From contig CAWFCK010000001.1 in NCBI GenBank assembly GCA_963814325.1, positions 306,880 to 370,879 on the forward strand: DNA of 64,000 nucleotides. Reading direction: 5' to 3'. This document shows, in pieces, positions 35,293 to 44,897 of this stretch (the stretch's first letter is position 1; every line of letters begins with the position of its first letter). Under the pieces are notes generated by a model. That model made no database searches. It worked only from the letters and a program-made list of their open reading frames with translations, and had not been told where the DNA came from. This stretch comes from an uncultured Flavobacteriales bacterium (GTDB lineage Bacteria; Bacteroidota; Bacteroidia; Flavobacteriales_F; PHOS-HE28). Position numbers and translations under genes: made by a program.

Positions 35293-36049
35293 ATGGCCTG
35301 GTACAAAGAGTGGTTCGGCACCCGGTATTACAAGTTGCTCTACGGTCATCGGGATGAGCAGGATGCCCGCGCGTGGGTGGATGTGATCGTGCAGCACGGA
35401 AGCATGCGGCCCGGCATGCGGCTGTTGGACCTGGGATGCGGCCGCGGGCGGCATGCCCGGCTGTTCGCCGAACATGGATTGAAGGTGACGGGCATCGACC
35501 TCTCCAGCGCCAGTATCGACGACGCACGTTCCGAAGGCCCCGGTGTGGAGTTCGTGGTGCATGACATGCGGAAGCCGTTCGCGCGTGAGCAGTATGATGC
35601 GGTGGTCTGTCTGTTCACCAGCCTGGGCTACAGCGAGGATCGCGCAGATGACCAGCAAGCCGTGGAGAATGCGGCCCTGGCCCTGGTGCCCGGCGGCCTG
35701 CTCGTGCTGGACCTGTTGAACGGAGCGCTGGTAAGGGCAGGGTTGGTGGAGGAGGAGTGCCAGCGTTCGGGGGAGGTGCTACTTCACCATCAGACGCTGT
35801 GTGGAGAACAATGACATCGTAAAGCGCATCAGTGTTGCGGAGGGTGGTGAAGAGCACGCGTTCATGGAACGCGTGCATGCCTGGACGCGGGCCGAGGTGT
35901 GCGCCATGGTGGAGCGCGCAGGGCTTTACATCGGCGCAGTAACGGAAGGTCCGGAGCCGCGACCATTCGATGAAGGCCGATCGCCGCGTATTGTTGTGTG
36001 GGCCCGCAAACCGGGCGGAACTTCAACTGAATTGTTCGATCACCCATGA
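35293..36049 (+). CDS. Class I SAM-dependent methyltransferase (one frameshift near 35780)
   Basis: RLLDLGCGRGRHARLFAEHGLKVTGIDLS is the SAM motif I. It is followed by VVCLFTSLGY and LVPGGLLVLD. The protein continues in ORF 35801..36049. Confidence 0.8.
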
Positions 36050-36753
36050 ACCTGGGCCTGCTGATCCTGCTCTTCCTGGCATTGCCGATCCTGGCGAGCG
36101 CCTGGGTGCGCTATTCCAACCCCGGCGCCGATGGCATCAAGCTGCTGCTGGCCTTCAGCGGGGCCTTCCTACTGAGCGTGGCCGTGCTGCACATGCTGCC
36201 GGAACTGTACATGGAAGGTGGTGAAGGCATCGGCCTGTGGATCCTGGGCGGCTTCCTGCTGCAGGTGGTGCTGGAGTTCTTCAGCCGCGGCATCGAGCAC
36301 GGCCATGTGCACGTGCACAAAGGTCATGACCACACGCTGCCGCTGGCCACGCTGCTCAGCCTGTGCCTTCATTCCTTCGCAGAGGGCATTCCGTTCGCCG
36401 ATCCGCGTGTGCATGGCAACCTGCCCTTCGTGGCTGGCGTGTTGATGCACAAGATGCCCATGGCCATCGCGCTGGCCACGGTGCTGCAACGGTCCCATGT
36501 GCCGGCCGGACGCTCGTGGGCGATGATCGTAGTCTTCGCCCTTTCCGTTCCCTTGGGCATCGCCACCGGCGTGCTCGGGCTGGACCTGCTCGGCGGGGCG
36601 CCCATCCTGCGGGCGTTGGGGCTGGCCATCGGCATGCTGCTGCACATCAGCACCACCATCATCTTCGAGAGCACACCGGACCATCGCTTCAATGCGAAGC
36701 GCTTCATCACGGTGCTTGCCGGGGCCCTGCTGGGCTACTTCACGTCACATTAA
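36046..36753 (+). CDS. ZIP-family divalent metal (zinc) transporter
   Basis: Intact 235-aa ORF with multiple TM segments. It has a His-rich loop IEHGHVHVHKGHDH, plus HSFAEGIPF and GVLMHKMPMAIALA motifs. Its ATG overlaps the upstream stop (ATGA). Confidence 0.85.
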   Translation: MNLGLLILLFLALPILASAWVRYSNPGADGIKLLLAFSGAFLLSVAVLHMLPELYMEGGEGIGLWILGGFLLQVVLEFFSRGIEHGHVHVHKGHDHTLPLATLLSLCLHSFAEGIPFADPRVHGNLPFVAGVLMHKMPMAIALATVLQRSHVPAGRSWAMIVVFALSVPLGIATGVLGLDLLGGAPILRALGLAIGMLLHISTTIIFESTPDHRFNAKRFITVLAGALLGYFTSH

Positions 36754-36769
36754 TTCCGCCCCGACATAC

Positions 36770-36800
36770 TTGCGCGGTATTGCCGCCGTTGTTTACTTTG
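36770..36800 (+). promoter_or_regulatory. Candidate Bacteroidetes-type promoter (TTG ... TACTTTG) for the 36820..41469 operon
   Basis: TTG at 36770..36772 and TACTTTG (matches TAnnTTTG) at 36794..36800, spaced 21 nt apart and 20 nt upstream of the ATG. A second TACTTTG lies at 36811..36817. Pattern match only. Confidence 0.25.
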
Positions 36801-36819
36801 CAATTCAAAGTACTTTGTA

Positions 36820-37479
36820 ATGGAACCGACCAACGCCGCCTCCGACCTCGCCCACATCCGCACGATGATGGACCGCAGCACGCGCTTCATTTCGCTCAGC
36901 GGGCTCAGCGGCGTCTTCGCCGGGGTGGTGGCCCTGGCGGGCGCTTGGGTGGCGCAGCAGTACATACATCTCTTCACGGCACCGAATGCGGACCCCATCG
37001 CCTACAGCCCGATACGCGGTGACCAGGACTATGGCTCGATGTTGATGATCCTTGTCGCTATCGCGTGTACGGTGCTCGGTGTTGCGTTGCTCGGTGCCAC
37101 CTGGTTCACCTGGCGCAGGAGCAAGCGCCTGGGGCAAGGGCTGTGGGATCAGGCCGCGCGCCGCTTGATGTGGAACCTGTTGATCCCGCTGGCCGCTGGT
37201 GGGCTGGTGTGCCTGGCGCTGATGTATCACGGACTGCCTGGACTGGTGGCGCCGGCCACGCTGGTGTTCTACGGCCTCGCCTTGTTGAACGCGAGCAAGT
37301 ACACGCTGGAGGAGATCCGCTGGCTGGCCGTGAGCGAACTGGTGCTGGGGGTGATCGCGTGCTATTGGATCGGCGCCGGACTGATGTTCTGGGCGCTCGG
37401 CTTCGGTGTGTTGCACATCGTGTACGGCGGCCTGATGTGGGTGCGCCACGAACGGGGTGCCGATGGGACCACAGCATGA
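36820..37479 (+). CDS. Hypothetical integral membrane protein (operon gene 1)
   Basis: Intact 219-aa ORF with about 5 hydrophobic segments. Its stop overlaps the next ATG (ATGA at 37476..37479). Confidence 0.6.
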   Translation: MEPTNAASDLAHIRTMMDRSTRFISLSGLSGVFAGVVALAGAWVAQQYIHLFTAPNADPIAYSPIRGDQDYGSMLMILVAIACTVLGVALLGATWFTWRRSKRLGQGLWDQAARRLMWNLLIPLAAGGLVCLALMYHGLPGLVAPATLVFYGLALLNASKYTLEEIRWLAVSELVLGVIACYWIGAGLMFWALGFGVLHIVYGGLMWVRHERGADGTTA

Positions 37480-37772
37480 TCGAGCAGCTCAATAAGGCCT
37501 TCGAAAGTCGCGTCAGGCTGGGCTTGATGGCGGTGCTCGTGGTGAACGACTGGGTGGACCATGGCACCCTGAAGGAGCTGCTGGGCGTAACCGACGGCAA
37601 CCTCGCGAGCCATATCACCGCGCTGGTGGCCACGCGCTATGTGCAGGTGCGAAAGCGCTTCGTGGCCAACCGGCCGAATACTTCCTACAGGTCCACCGCC
37701 GTTGGTGTGAAGGCTTTTCGTGCCCACCTCGACGCCATGGACCAACTGCTTCGCAAAGACCTGCGCCAATGA
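37476..37772 (+). CDS. Small winged-helix transcriptional regulator (HTH_34-like)
   Basis: MIEQLNKAFESRVRLGLMAVLVVNDWVDHGTLKELLGVTDGNLASHITALVATRYVQVRKRFVANRPNTSYRSTAVGVKAFRAHLDAMDQLL. This matches the wHTH pattern seen in small Bacteroidetes regulators. It has ATGA overlaps at both ends. Confidence 0.75.
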   Translation: MIEQLNKAFESRVRLGLMAVLVVNDWVDHGTLKELLGVTDGNLASHITALVATRYVQVRKRFVANRPNTSYRSTAVGVKAFRAHLDAMDQLLRKDLRQ

Positions 37773-39322
37773 ACACCTCCACCATGAACCCGAAACGTCT
37801 CACGCTGCTCACCCTGTTGCTGGTCGCCATCATCTTCGACCGCCTGTTCTGGCAGGAATCCATCGGGATCAATCTTGCCTTGTTCGTCCTGCTGGTGGCC
37901 GGAATGGTGGCCTACGACCGCGGATGGTCGGGACTTTCGGTCCCTGCGCGCATGGGCGGGGCGGGCCTGTTGCTGAGCGCGTCCATGCTGGTCTTTTACG
38001 GAAGCATGATCGCCACATTCGCCACCTTCTCCTCGCTGTTCCTGTTCACTGCGCTGGCCCATGCGCCGGCCATCCGCACGGTGACCGCCGGCATGGCCCA
38101 ATGGATGGTGAACGTGGTGTGCGCGCCGTTGGGTGTGGGGCAGGCGTTGGGCGACGCCGCACCGGACACGCCGGGCATGCAGCGGTCGTTCCGATGGTTG
38201 CGCATCGGGGCGTTGCCCTTGTTGATCACCGCCTTGTTCTTTCTGCTGTATCGCGGCGGCAACAGTCGCTTCGATGCGCTGTCGGCAAGCATGCTGGACG
38301 GTGCTTTCAATTGGATCGGTGATGTGCTCGAAGAGGTCTTCACGGCCCACACGTTCTTCTTCCTCTTCGGCCTGCTGTTGTGCGCCTCCCTGGTGATCCG
38401 GTTCGCCGGCACGTGGATCGAAGGTTCTGAAGCCTTGTTGAGCAATGCGATGCAGCGCGTGCGGATGCGCCGACCCAAATGGCTGGCACCGCTCGCCATG
38501 GGCGCGCTGGACAAGGAGCGTCGCATGGGCGTGATGCTCCTGGTGCTGCTGAACGCGATGCTCCTGGTGGTGAACGTGATCGACGTCAACTGGGTATGGC
38601 TCAGCTTCTCTGTGGAACCGGGCATGAGCCTGAAAGAGTTCGTGCATGAAGGCACATGGTTGCTGATCATCAGCATCGTGCTGGGCATGGCGGTGCTGCT
38701 GCGCCTGTTCCGTGGCAACCTCAACTTCCATGCAGGCAATCGCACCTTGGTGATGCTCGCGACCGCTTGGCTGGCGCAGAACTTCATCCTCGGGATCTCC
38801 GTCTTCCTTCGCAACTATCACTACATCGCCTTCCACGGGCTGGCGTACAAACGCATCGGCGTCATCGTGTTCCTGTTGTTGCTCCTTGTGGGACTGGTCA
38901 CCCTGTACATCAAGGTGCGCCAGCGGAAGACCTTCTTCTACCTGCTTCGGGTGAACGGATGGGCGGCCTTCGCCGTGATGGTGTGCCTCACCACCATGGA
39001 TTGGGACAGCACCATCGTACGCTACAACCTTTCGCATTCCAACCAGGGCGAGATCGACATCGACAATTACCTCGCGATGAGCGACAAGGTGCTGCCGCTG
39101 CTGGTGAACAACATGGATCGGGTGCGCGAGCAGATGGCCAAGCACCGCCTGAACAAAGTGCGGTGGGTGGAACACCTGGACCCTGCGGAGTTCGATGCCG
39201 CCGTGGCCGCCAAGCGCGACGCGTTCCTCCAGCGCCATCGCGAACAACACTGGCAGAGTTGGACGTTTGCCGACAGTCGCACGTTCGCCGCCTTGGGATC
39301 AACGGTAATGGAAGCCCACTGA
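37769..39322 (+). CDS. Large polytopic membrane protein (DUF4153/DUF4173-like)
   Basis: Intact 517-aa ORF: MNTSTMNPKRLTLLTLLLVAIIFDRLFWQESIGINLALFVLL..., with more than 10 TM segments and a soluble C-terminal ~100 aa. The family assignment is from memory only. Confidence 0.6.
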   Translation: MNTSTMNPKRLTLLTLLLVAIIFDRLFWQESIGINLALFVLLVAGMVAYDRGWSGLSVPARMGGAGLLLSASMLVFYGSMIATFATFSSLFLFTALAHAPAIRTVTAGMAQWMVNVVCAPLGVGQALGDAAPDTPGMQRSFRWLRIGALPLLITALFFLLYRGGNSRFDALSASMLDGAFNWIGDVLEEVFTAHTFFFLFGLLLCASLVIRFAGTWIEGSEALLSNAMQRVRMRRPKWLAPLAMGALDKERRMGVMLLVLLNAMLLVVNVIDVNWVWLSFSVEPGMSLKEFVHEGTWLLIISIVLGMAVLLRLFRGNLNFHAGNRTLVMLATAWLAQNFILGISVFLRNYHYIAFHGLAYKRIGVIVFLLLLLVGLVTLYIKVRQRKTFFYLLRVNGWAAFAVMVCLTTMDWDSTIVRYNLSHSNQGEIDIDNYLAMSDKVLPLLVNNMDRVREQMAKHRLNKVRWVEHLDPAEFDAAVAAKRDAFLQRHREQHWQSWTFADSRTFAALGSTVMEAH

Positions 39323-39324
39323 TC

Positions 39325-39807
39325 ATGAACGCACGACGCATGGAACGCCGGATCCGGAACTGGACGTTGTTCTTCATTGCCGCCTTGTGGTTCAGCGGCC
39401 TTACCGCTGTTCCGTTGGAATGGGGAACGCGCTGGTTGAGCGACGTAACGTTGAACTGGCCGGGTCCGTGGCATGCGTGGGCTGAACAAGCCGCGGTGGC
39501 CATCGCCGATGTGGGTGGCAAATACCCGTTCCTGTTCTATGGCACGGACTGGCTGGCCTTCGCGCACATCGTGATCGGCATCGCCTTCTTCGGTGTGCTT
39601 CGCGATCCCGTGCGGAACAAGTGGATCATTGAGTGGGGCCTGTGGAGCTGTGCACTGGTGCTGATACTTGCGTTCGCCTGGGCTCCTGTCCGCGGTATCC
39701 CCTTCTTCTGGCGCTGTGTGGATGCCTCCTTCGGCGTGCTGGGTGCGATACCGTTGTGGCTGGTGAAGCGTGACATCGATGCCCTCGAAAAGCTGCGCTC
39801 CTCATGA
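39325..39807 (+). CDS. Hypothetical membrane protein (operon gene 4)
   Basis: The ATG lies 2 nt after the upstream stop and is in-frame with the tail of ORF 38656..39807: MNARRMERRIRNWTLFFIAALWFSGLTAVPLEWG...; four TM segments. Confidence 0.6.
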   Translation: MNARRMERRIRNWTLFFIAALWFSGLTAVPLEWGTRWLSDVTLNWPGPWHAWAEQAAVAIADVGGKYPFLFYGTDWLAFAHIVIGIAFFGVLRDPVRNKWIIEWGLWSCALVLILAFAWAPVRGIPFFWRCVDASFGVLGAIPLWLVKRDIDALEKLRSS

Positions 39808-40735
39808 TCCGTAAGCTGCTCTCGCGCCGGACCGATGGCCCATTTTCGGCAGGTGTACTGCTCGCATTCGGTTGTGTGATCGCCTTCGCACCGGACCCGT
39901 TCGTGCTGATGATGGTGCGCGCCTTCATGTGGCAATGGGCCTTGTTGTTACTTGTAGTGGCCCTGTTCGCCTTGGGCACACGGCGTTGGTGGAGCGCTGG
40001 TGGCGCGCTGGTGGCGGCGGTGCTGCTCCTGTTCCCCCTGATCGCACCGCGCAGATCGATCCAGCGGTCGGCGGACGGGAGCTGTTGCGCGTGGCGCAGA
40101 TGAACGTGTTCCAGCCGAATGACGATCATGCGGATGTGATCGCGGCAGCACTGGCCTCCGATGCCGACGTGATCTCCTTCCAGGAGGTGAGCCCGGCGTG
40201 GTCGCAAGCGCTGCTGGAAGGCCTGGGCGAACGCTATCCGTTCCACAAGCTGGTGCCGGAGAGCAACTGTTATGGCATCGCCCTCTTCAGCCGTCTACCG
40301 CTCCTGCGGACCGAGGTACTTCCGCTGGCGCGACGATCGATGATCTGTGCCGAGGTGGCCACGGAGGCCGGTCCTGTGCGCCTGTTCAGCGTTCATGCTA
40401 CATCGCCCGGCAGCTATGCGCACTTCCGCGAGCGCAACGACCAGCTGGACCGCTTAGCGGATATGGTGAAGGCGAGCCCGATGCCCGTGGTGGTCCTTGG
40501 CGACCTCAACGCGGTCAGTTGGGACAAGGCCCTTGTGCGCTTGTGCGATCGCACGGGACTGCGCGAAGAGCTGGGCCCTGAGCAGGCCACTTGGCCCAGT
40601 TTCGCCGGGCTGGCCCTCATTCCGCTGGACCACATTCTCGTGACCCAACAGTTGGCCGTGCGTGGATCCGACCTGTTCCAGATCTCCGGTTCGGACCATC
40701 GCGGTGTGGTGGCCACCATCTGCTCCCGTTCATGA
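39804..40735 (+). CDS. Membrane-anchored endonuclease/exonuclease/phosphatase (EEP) family protein (one frameshift near 40050)
   Basis: The N-terminal TM region is in ORF 39804..40103. The EEP domain is in 39872..40735: LRVAQMNVFQPN...DVISFQEV...LFSVHATSP...VVVLGDLNA...LDHILV...GSDHRGVVATI. Confidence 0.75.
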
Positions 40736-41469
40736 TCAGCCAACGGAATTGGATCAAGCTGCTGCCCTGGGTCACAGCCTTCGCCATCGCCATGGCCTTT
40801 TTGGAAAGTGCCGTGGTGATCTACCTGCGCGAGCTGTACTACCCGGTGGAATTCCGCTTCCCGATGGCGCCCATCAAGCGGCACATCGCCATCACCGAGC
40901 TGCTGCGCGAGCTGGCCACCTTGGTCATGTTGCTGGCACCGGGCGCCCTGATCACCACGCGGCGGCTGGAACGCTTCGCCTGGTTCATCTACTGCTTTGG
41001 GGTGTGGGATATCTTCTATTACGTATTCCTCAAGGCCATACTGGATTGGCCTGCCACGTTGTTCGATTGGGACATCCTGTTCCTTGTGCCGGTGGTGTGG
41101 GTGGGTCCGGTATTGGCGCCCTGCATCGTTTCGGTCGGCTTGATCGCCATTGGCGTGTTGCTGCTGCGAAGACGTGAGGCGGAGCCCGCGTTCGCATTCC
41201 GCCCATGGGAATGGGGCCTGTTGCTGACGTCCGGGGCATTGATCCTGTATACGTTCCTGGAAGAGCCGCTGGAACATATCCTGCGTTCCGCATCCTCAGA
41301 AGGCCCCCTGACCTTGCCGGAAGCCGGGCATGATGCGTTGGCCGGTCTGCGCGATTACCTGCCGGAGCAGTACAACTGGGCCGTGTTCATGGTTGCCTGC
41401 ACCATCGCCGGCGTGGTGGTCCAACGGCTGGGGCGACGTACAATGGTGAAGCCGGTTGCCTCCGGATAA
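40732..41469 (+). CDS. Hypothetical membrane protein (operon gene 6)
   Basis: ATGA overlap with the upstream stop. MISQRNWIKLLPWVTAFAIAMAFLESAVVIYLRELYYP...; about 6 TM segments; intact. Confidence 0.6.
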   Translation: MISQRNWIKLLPWVTAFAIAMAFLESAVVIYLRELYYPVEFRFPMAPIKRHIAITELLRELATLVMLLAPGALITTRRLERFAWFIYCFGVWDIFYYVFLKAILDWPATLFDWDILFLVPVVWVGPVLAPCIVSVGLIAIGVLLLRRREAEPAFAFRPWEWGLLLTSGALILYTFLEEPLEHILRSASSEGPLTLPEAGHDALAGLRDYLPEQYNWAVFMVACTIAGVVVQRLGRRTMVKPVASG

Positions 41470-41531
41470 CACGCGCCCCTGTTGATAAAGAACGAAACCT
41501 CCACCGGGCAACCACGTACAAAGGGTACGTC

Positions 41532-41861
41532 TTGCCCATGGAACCGAAAAGCAAAATGGTAGCAGAAGCCAGGATCTTCCTCCGATTGGGGTTGTTATCG
41601 TTCGCAGGACTGATGTTCTATTACGCCCATCTGTTCCTCGACCTGTTCGACAATGCCTTCCTGTTCAAGGCCTTGGCCATTACCTTCCTCGTTATTACGC
41701 TTCCCCTTCCGATCATTGCGTTCAACAACAAGAAGCTCTTCCCCGAGATCAACGGCACGGGAAAACTGATGTTGAACTGGGCCACGCTGCTCCTCTTTGT
41801 GCACCACTTCCTGATGACCTTCATCTTCGTGATGATCCTGAAGGAACGCGGTCCTTTCTAA
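41532..41861 (+). CDS. Small hypothetical membrane protein in a lower-GC pocket
   Basis: Intact 109-aa ORF with three hydrophobic segments. Local GC is visibly lower than in the flanks. Confidence 0.45.
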   Translation: MPMEPKSKMVAEARIFLRLGLLSFAGLMFYYAHLFLDLFDNAFLFKALAITFLVITLPLPIIAFNNKKLFPEINGTGKLMLNWATLLLFVHHFLMTFIFVMILKERGPF

Positions 41862-42144
41862 GAGGTAATAAAAAGATCACGCTGATCGCAACCTTCCTAC
41901 ATCCGTTCACGTTCCACCACCATAGGCCTTCACAAGGGCCGCAAAGCATCTGATAAACCTGGCCTACAGGAGGCAATAAAGCCCAAGAGCATAAAAAGCC
42001 TTCATCCAAGCCCGTAAGCTCGGAGACCAGGATACTCGAAGCGCGCCCCGTAAGGCGCGCTTCGCCATTTCACACATGGTGATCGCGTATCGGCCGCTTC
42101 AGCGTTCGTGGAGGATGTCGCGCGCTTCAGTGCACGGCGTTGAG

Positions 42145-42705
42145 CTACCCGCGCATCCGATCATTTGCCGTTATGCACCACATCAGTTCATCCAGGAAGC
42201 GGCCGGTGCGTTTGGCCCAGTCTTCCGGATGGAGCGCATTCCCCGCTTCGTCGAATGCCTCCTGCACCTTGGGCACGGGCAATGTCGCAGGCACCGTCCA
42301 TGCGCGCAGCTTCCATAGGCTGAATTGCAACGAAGTGATCACCTGTGATCCCCCGAAGGACCCATCGCTCACGGTGCAGATGGCCACCGGCTTGCGGTGC
42401 CATTGGTCATTCAACACGTCGATCGCGTTCTTCAGGCTTGCCGGATAGCCGCCATTGTATTCCGGGGTAACGATGATCACGCCGTCCGCTTTCGCCATGC
42501 GCATGGCGTACTCCTGGAGGGAGGCGGGCGCATCCACGAGGTTCTTCAAGCGTTCATGGAAGATCGGAAAGTCGAGCTCCGCGAGGTCGATCAATTCGCT
42601 CGTCGCATCGCCACGCGCTGCAATGGCCTTCGTGAGGTGCAGTGCCACGCGCGGGCTGCGGCGGCCAATGCGAACGCTTGCGGAAAGGATCAGGATGTGG
42701 GGCAT
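42145..42705 (-). CDS. NAD(P)H-dependent FMN reductase family oxidoreductase
   Basis: MPHILILSASVRIGRRSPRVA...ADGVIIVTPEYNGGYPASLKNAIDVL; intact. Confidence 0.85.
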   Translation of the reverse strand: MPHILILSASVRIGRRSPRVALHLTKAIAARGDATSELIDLAELDFPIFHERLKNLVDAPASLQEYAMRMAKADGVIIVTPEYNGGYPASLKNAIDVLNDQWHRKPVAICTVSDGSFGGSQVITSLQFSLWKLRAWTVPATLPVPKVQEAFDEAGNALHPEDWAKRTGRFLDELMWCITANDRMRG

Positions 42706-42734
42706 GACGCCCAAGGTAATCAGCGGGCAGGCCT

Positions 42735-43490
42735 TCAGGCCGGTGTGCCGAGCAGTTCCCTCAGCTCCACAGCAATGCCCTGGAAGCCACGTCCCATGCG
42801 CGGCCCGGCCATCACACCGGTCGGCGTGGCGATCGTGCGATAGCTCTGCATGATCGTGAACAGTTGCGTGCTGTCAAGGTCGCAGACGATCCCGCCGCTC
42901 TCACCGTGCACCCAATCCACATTGAAGGCGTAGTTCATGGCGCCGTGGAGATCGTATTGCGCGGAAACGATCCCCGTGTTGGCATGTCCCTTCAGGAAGA
43001 AGTTACCGCCGCCGAGGAAATCGCCTGTGGGGCTCAAGTTCGCACCTTTCACCACCGGCGCAGGGAATCCGTAGGTGAGCACCTCGGTGCCTTCCGGCAC
43101 CAGGTCGAGCGATACCGCCAAGGGCTCCAGTGAGAAGCGGGGATCAACCGGTGTGCCGAGCTCCAACACGGCCAGATCATGTGCCGCATGCTCCAGCGGA
43201 ACGCCGATCACCGGGCAATGGAAGGCGAGCAGGTTGTCGTCGGTGAGGGTGAACACCACGAACTTGTCCCTGGGGTCGCGGGACTGGGCGTTGTTGAAGA
43301 TGTGAAAGGCCGTGAGGATGTACCGGTCGCGAGCAATGCAGGCGCCCGAGCCCACGAAGCCCAGTTCGAAGCCGGGCGGCGCCGTAGTGGATACGTTCGG
43401 CGCAACAGCCTTCGGGCGGATGCGCAGGATGGCACAGGCCGATCGGCGGATGCGCGCGATCGCGGGGATCAATTCCTTGCTGCTGGCCAT
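42735..43490 (-). CDS. Trypsin-like (S1/Trypsin_2) serine protease without signal peptide
   Basis: Catalytic-triad context: ILTAFHIF (His), HDLAVLEL (Asp), VHGESGGIV (Ser). No N-terminal hydrophobic signal. Intact, 251 aa. Confidence 0.7.
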   Translation of the reverse strand: MASSKELIPAIARIRRSACAILRIRPKAVAPNVSTTAPPGFELGFVGSGACIARDRYILTAFHIFNNAQSRDPRDKFVVFTLTDDNLLAFHCPVIGVPLEHAAHDLAVLELGTPVDPRFSLEPLAVSLDLVPEGTEVLTYGFPAPVVKGANLSPTGDFLGGGNFFLKGHANTGIVSAQYDLHGAMNYAFNVDWVHGESGGIVCDLDSTQLFTIMQSYRTIATPTGVMAGPRMGRGFQGIAVELRELLGTPA

Positions 43491-43514
43491 TCGGCCGCAA
43501 GCTAACCCGGGCGG

Positions 43515-44800
43515 TTAATGTCCGGGTGCGAACACGAAGCGCGCGGTGCCCACGGCCGTCCTCAGGAAATACGCGCCCGGCGCAAGTCCGCTGAGCGACA
43601 CGCTTCCCGTGTTGCCCGTGATACGGCCATTGCGCATTTCCCGACCCATGGCATCGAGCAGACTGAAGGCCCCGAGGAGCGCGTTGTTGCCAGCGTTGAC
43701 CATGAGCAGGTCACCCACCGGCCACGCTTTGAGTTCCTGCGCGATCGGCGTTCCAATTACCGCATTGTCGGGATCGATGCACGGGCCGAAGAACACAGCG
43801 GAGGTCACGTCCGGCAGGTTGTCGAACGTGTACGGCTGCTCATTGCCTGCGTATTGCCCGGGAACGGTGATGCCGAAGAACGGCTGGCCACCGGTGAAGG
43901 TGTCATTGGTCACGGACAGGGTGTAGTCACCCGGAGCAACGCATAGTGTGTCATAGTCGGATTGCTCAGCATTCCCCAAGGCGAAAGTGCCCGACCCGAC
44001 CACCACATTGTTACCGTCGATCAACTGCCAATTCAACGTATCGTTGATCAGCCCGTTCCCCATGTTGTTCAGATATACCACCATCGGCGCGCATGGTGCA
44101 GGCGGACAGAGGTTCACCGTGATGTCGTAGCTGCAGGCCTGTTGCTGGTAGAAGTTGGTCCACAGAGTGCAACTGGCCCTGGAACGGGCTGGTCGGAACC
44201 GTGGCACCGTCCACGAGAGCTAGCGTGTGGTAGCTCTCGCCGGCAATGCCGAAGTAGTTCACCGTCTCACGCGCTAGGCTGTCCGTTCCCTGCAACAGCA
44301 CAAAGCCCGGGTAGTCGAACAGCGTGGTGCTGTTGTTGAACACATGCACCTGGACCGCGGTATCGCTGAAGGCCGACCATTGCACGTGGTCGATGATCAG
44401 GCTGTCGCAGGCCGTGGGCACGAACTGCGACACCACGAACTCGTGCTCGGGCGCGGGTGCCCCATCATTGATCGGACACGCCGGAAATGGAGATCACGTA
44501 TTCACCAGCGGGCAGCATACCGATGTTGAAGCTCTCATCGTGCGGTGTCAACACGGGGATGCCAATGCCTTGCGCCGCCGCGATCAGCGTGATCGAGACG
44601 GTGTTACCGTTCACGCTGAACGATGCCTCCGCGATGAAGGAGTTCGTGCTGGAAAGGTCACCGTGCACCGTGATGGTGATATCGTCGTTCGTGGTCGGTG
44701 ATGCCGGGATGACCTCGATGTTATTGATGTAGTAGTAGGTCTGTGCACGGGAGGAGAGCGTGCAGGCCAACAGGAGAAGGAGGGTCAGGATGTTCTTCAT
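43515..44800 (-). CDS. T9SS-sorted secreted protein (two frameshifts)
   Basis: Signal peptide MKNILTLLLLLACTLSSRAQ (ATG at 44800, in ORF 44465..45010). The protein continues in 44011..44436 and 43515..44207. The C-terminus LKAWPVGDLLMVNAG...FSLLDAMGREMRNGRI...LAPGAYFLRTAVGTARFVFA is sorting-domain-like. Confidence 0.7.
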
Positions 44801-44897
44801 GACGGCATGGGTGTTACGTGGATGACGCATCACGCGGCAAATATGATGCCTCCGGAAGCTATTCGGGAGCCCCCGGTTTACATTGCCGGCGGATAAC

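Noticed and set aside
41862-42144. Lower-GC intergenic stretch with an 11-bp GC hairpin (42037..42064) as a possible ncRNA or terminator
   Set aside because: The hairpin lacks a U tract on either strand and lies ~175 nt from the upstream stop and ~80 nt from the convergent stop. It is plausible as a terminator, but the evidence is too weak to list as a feature.
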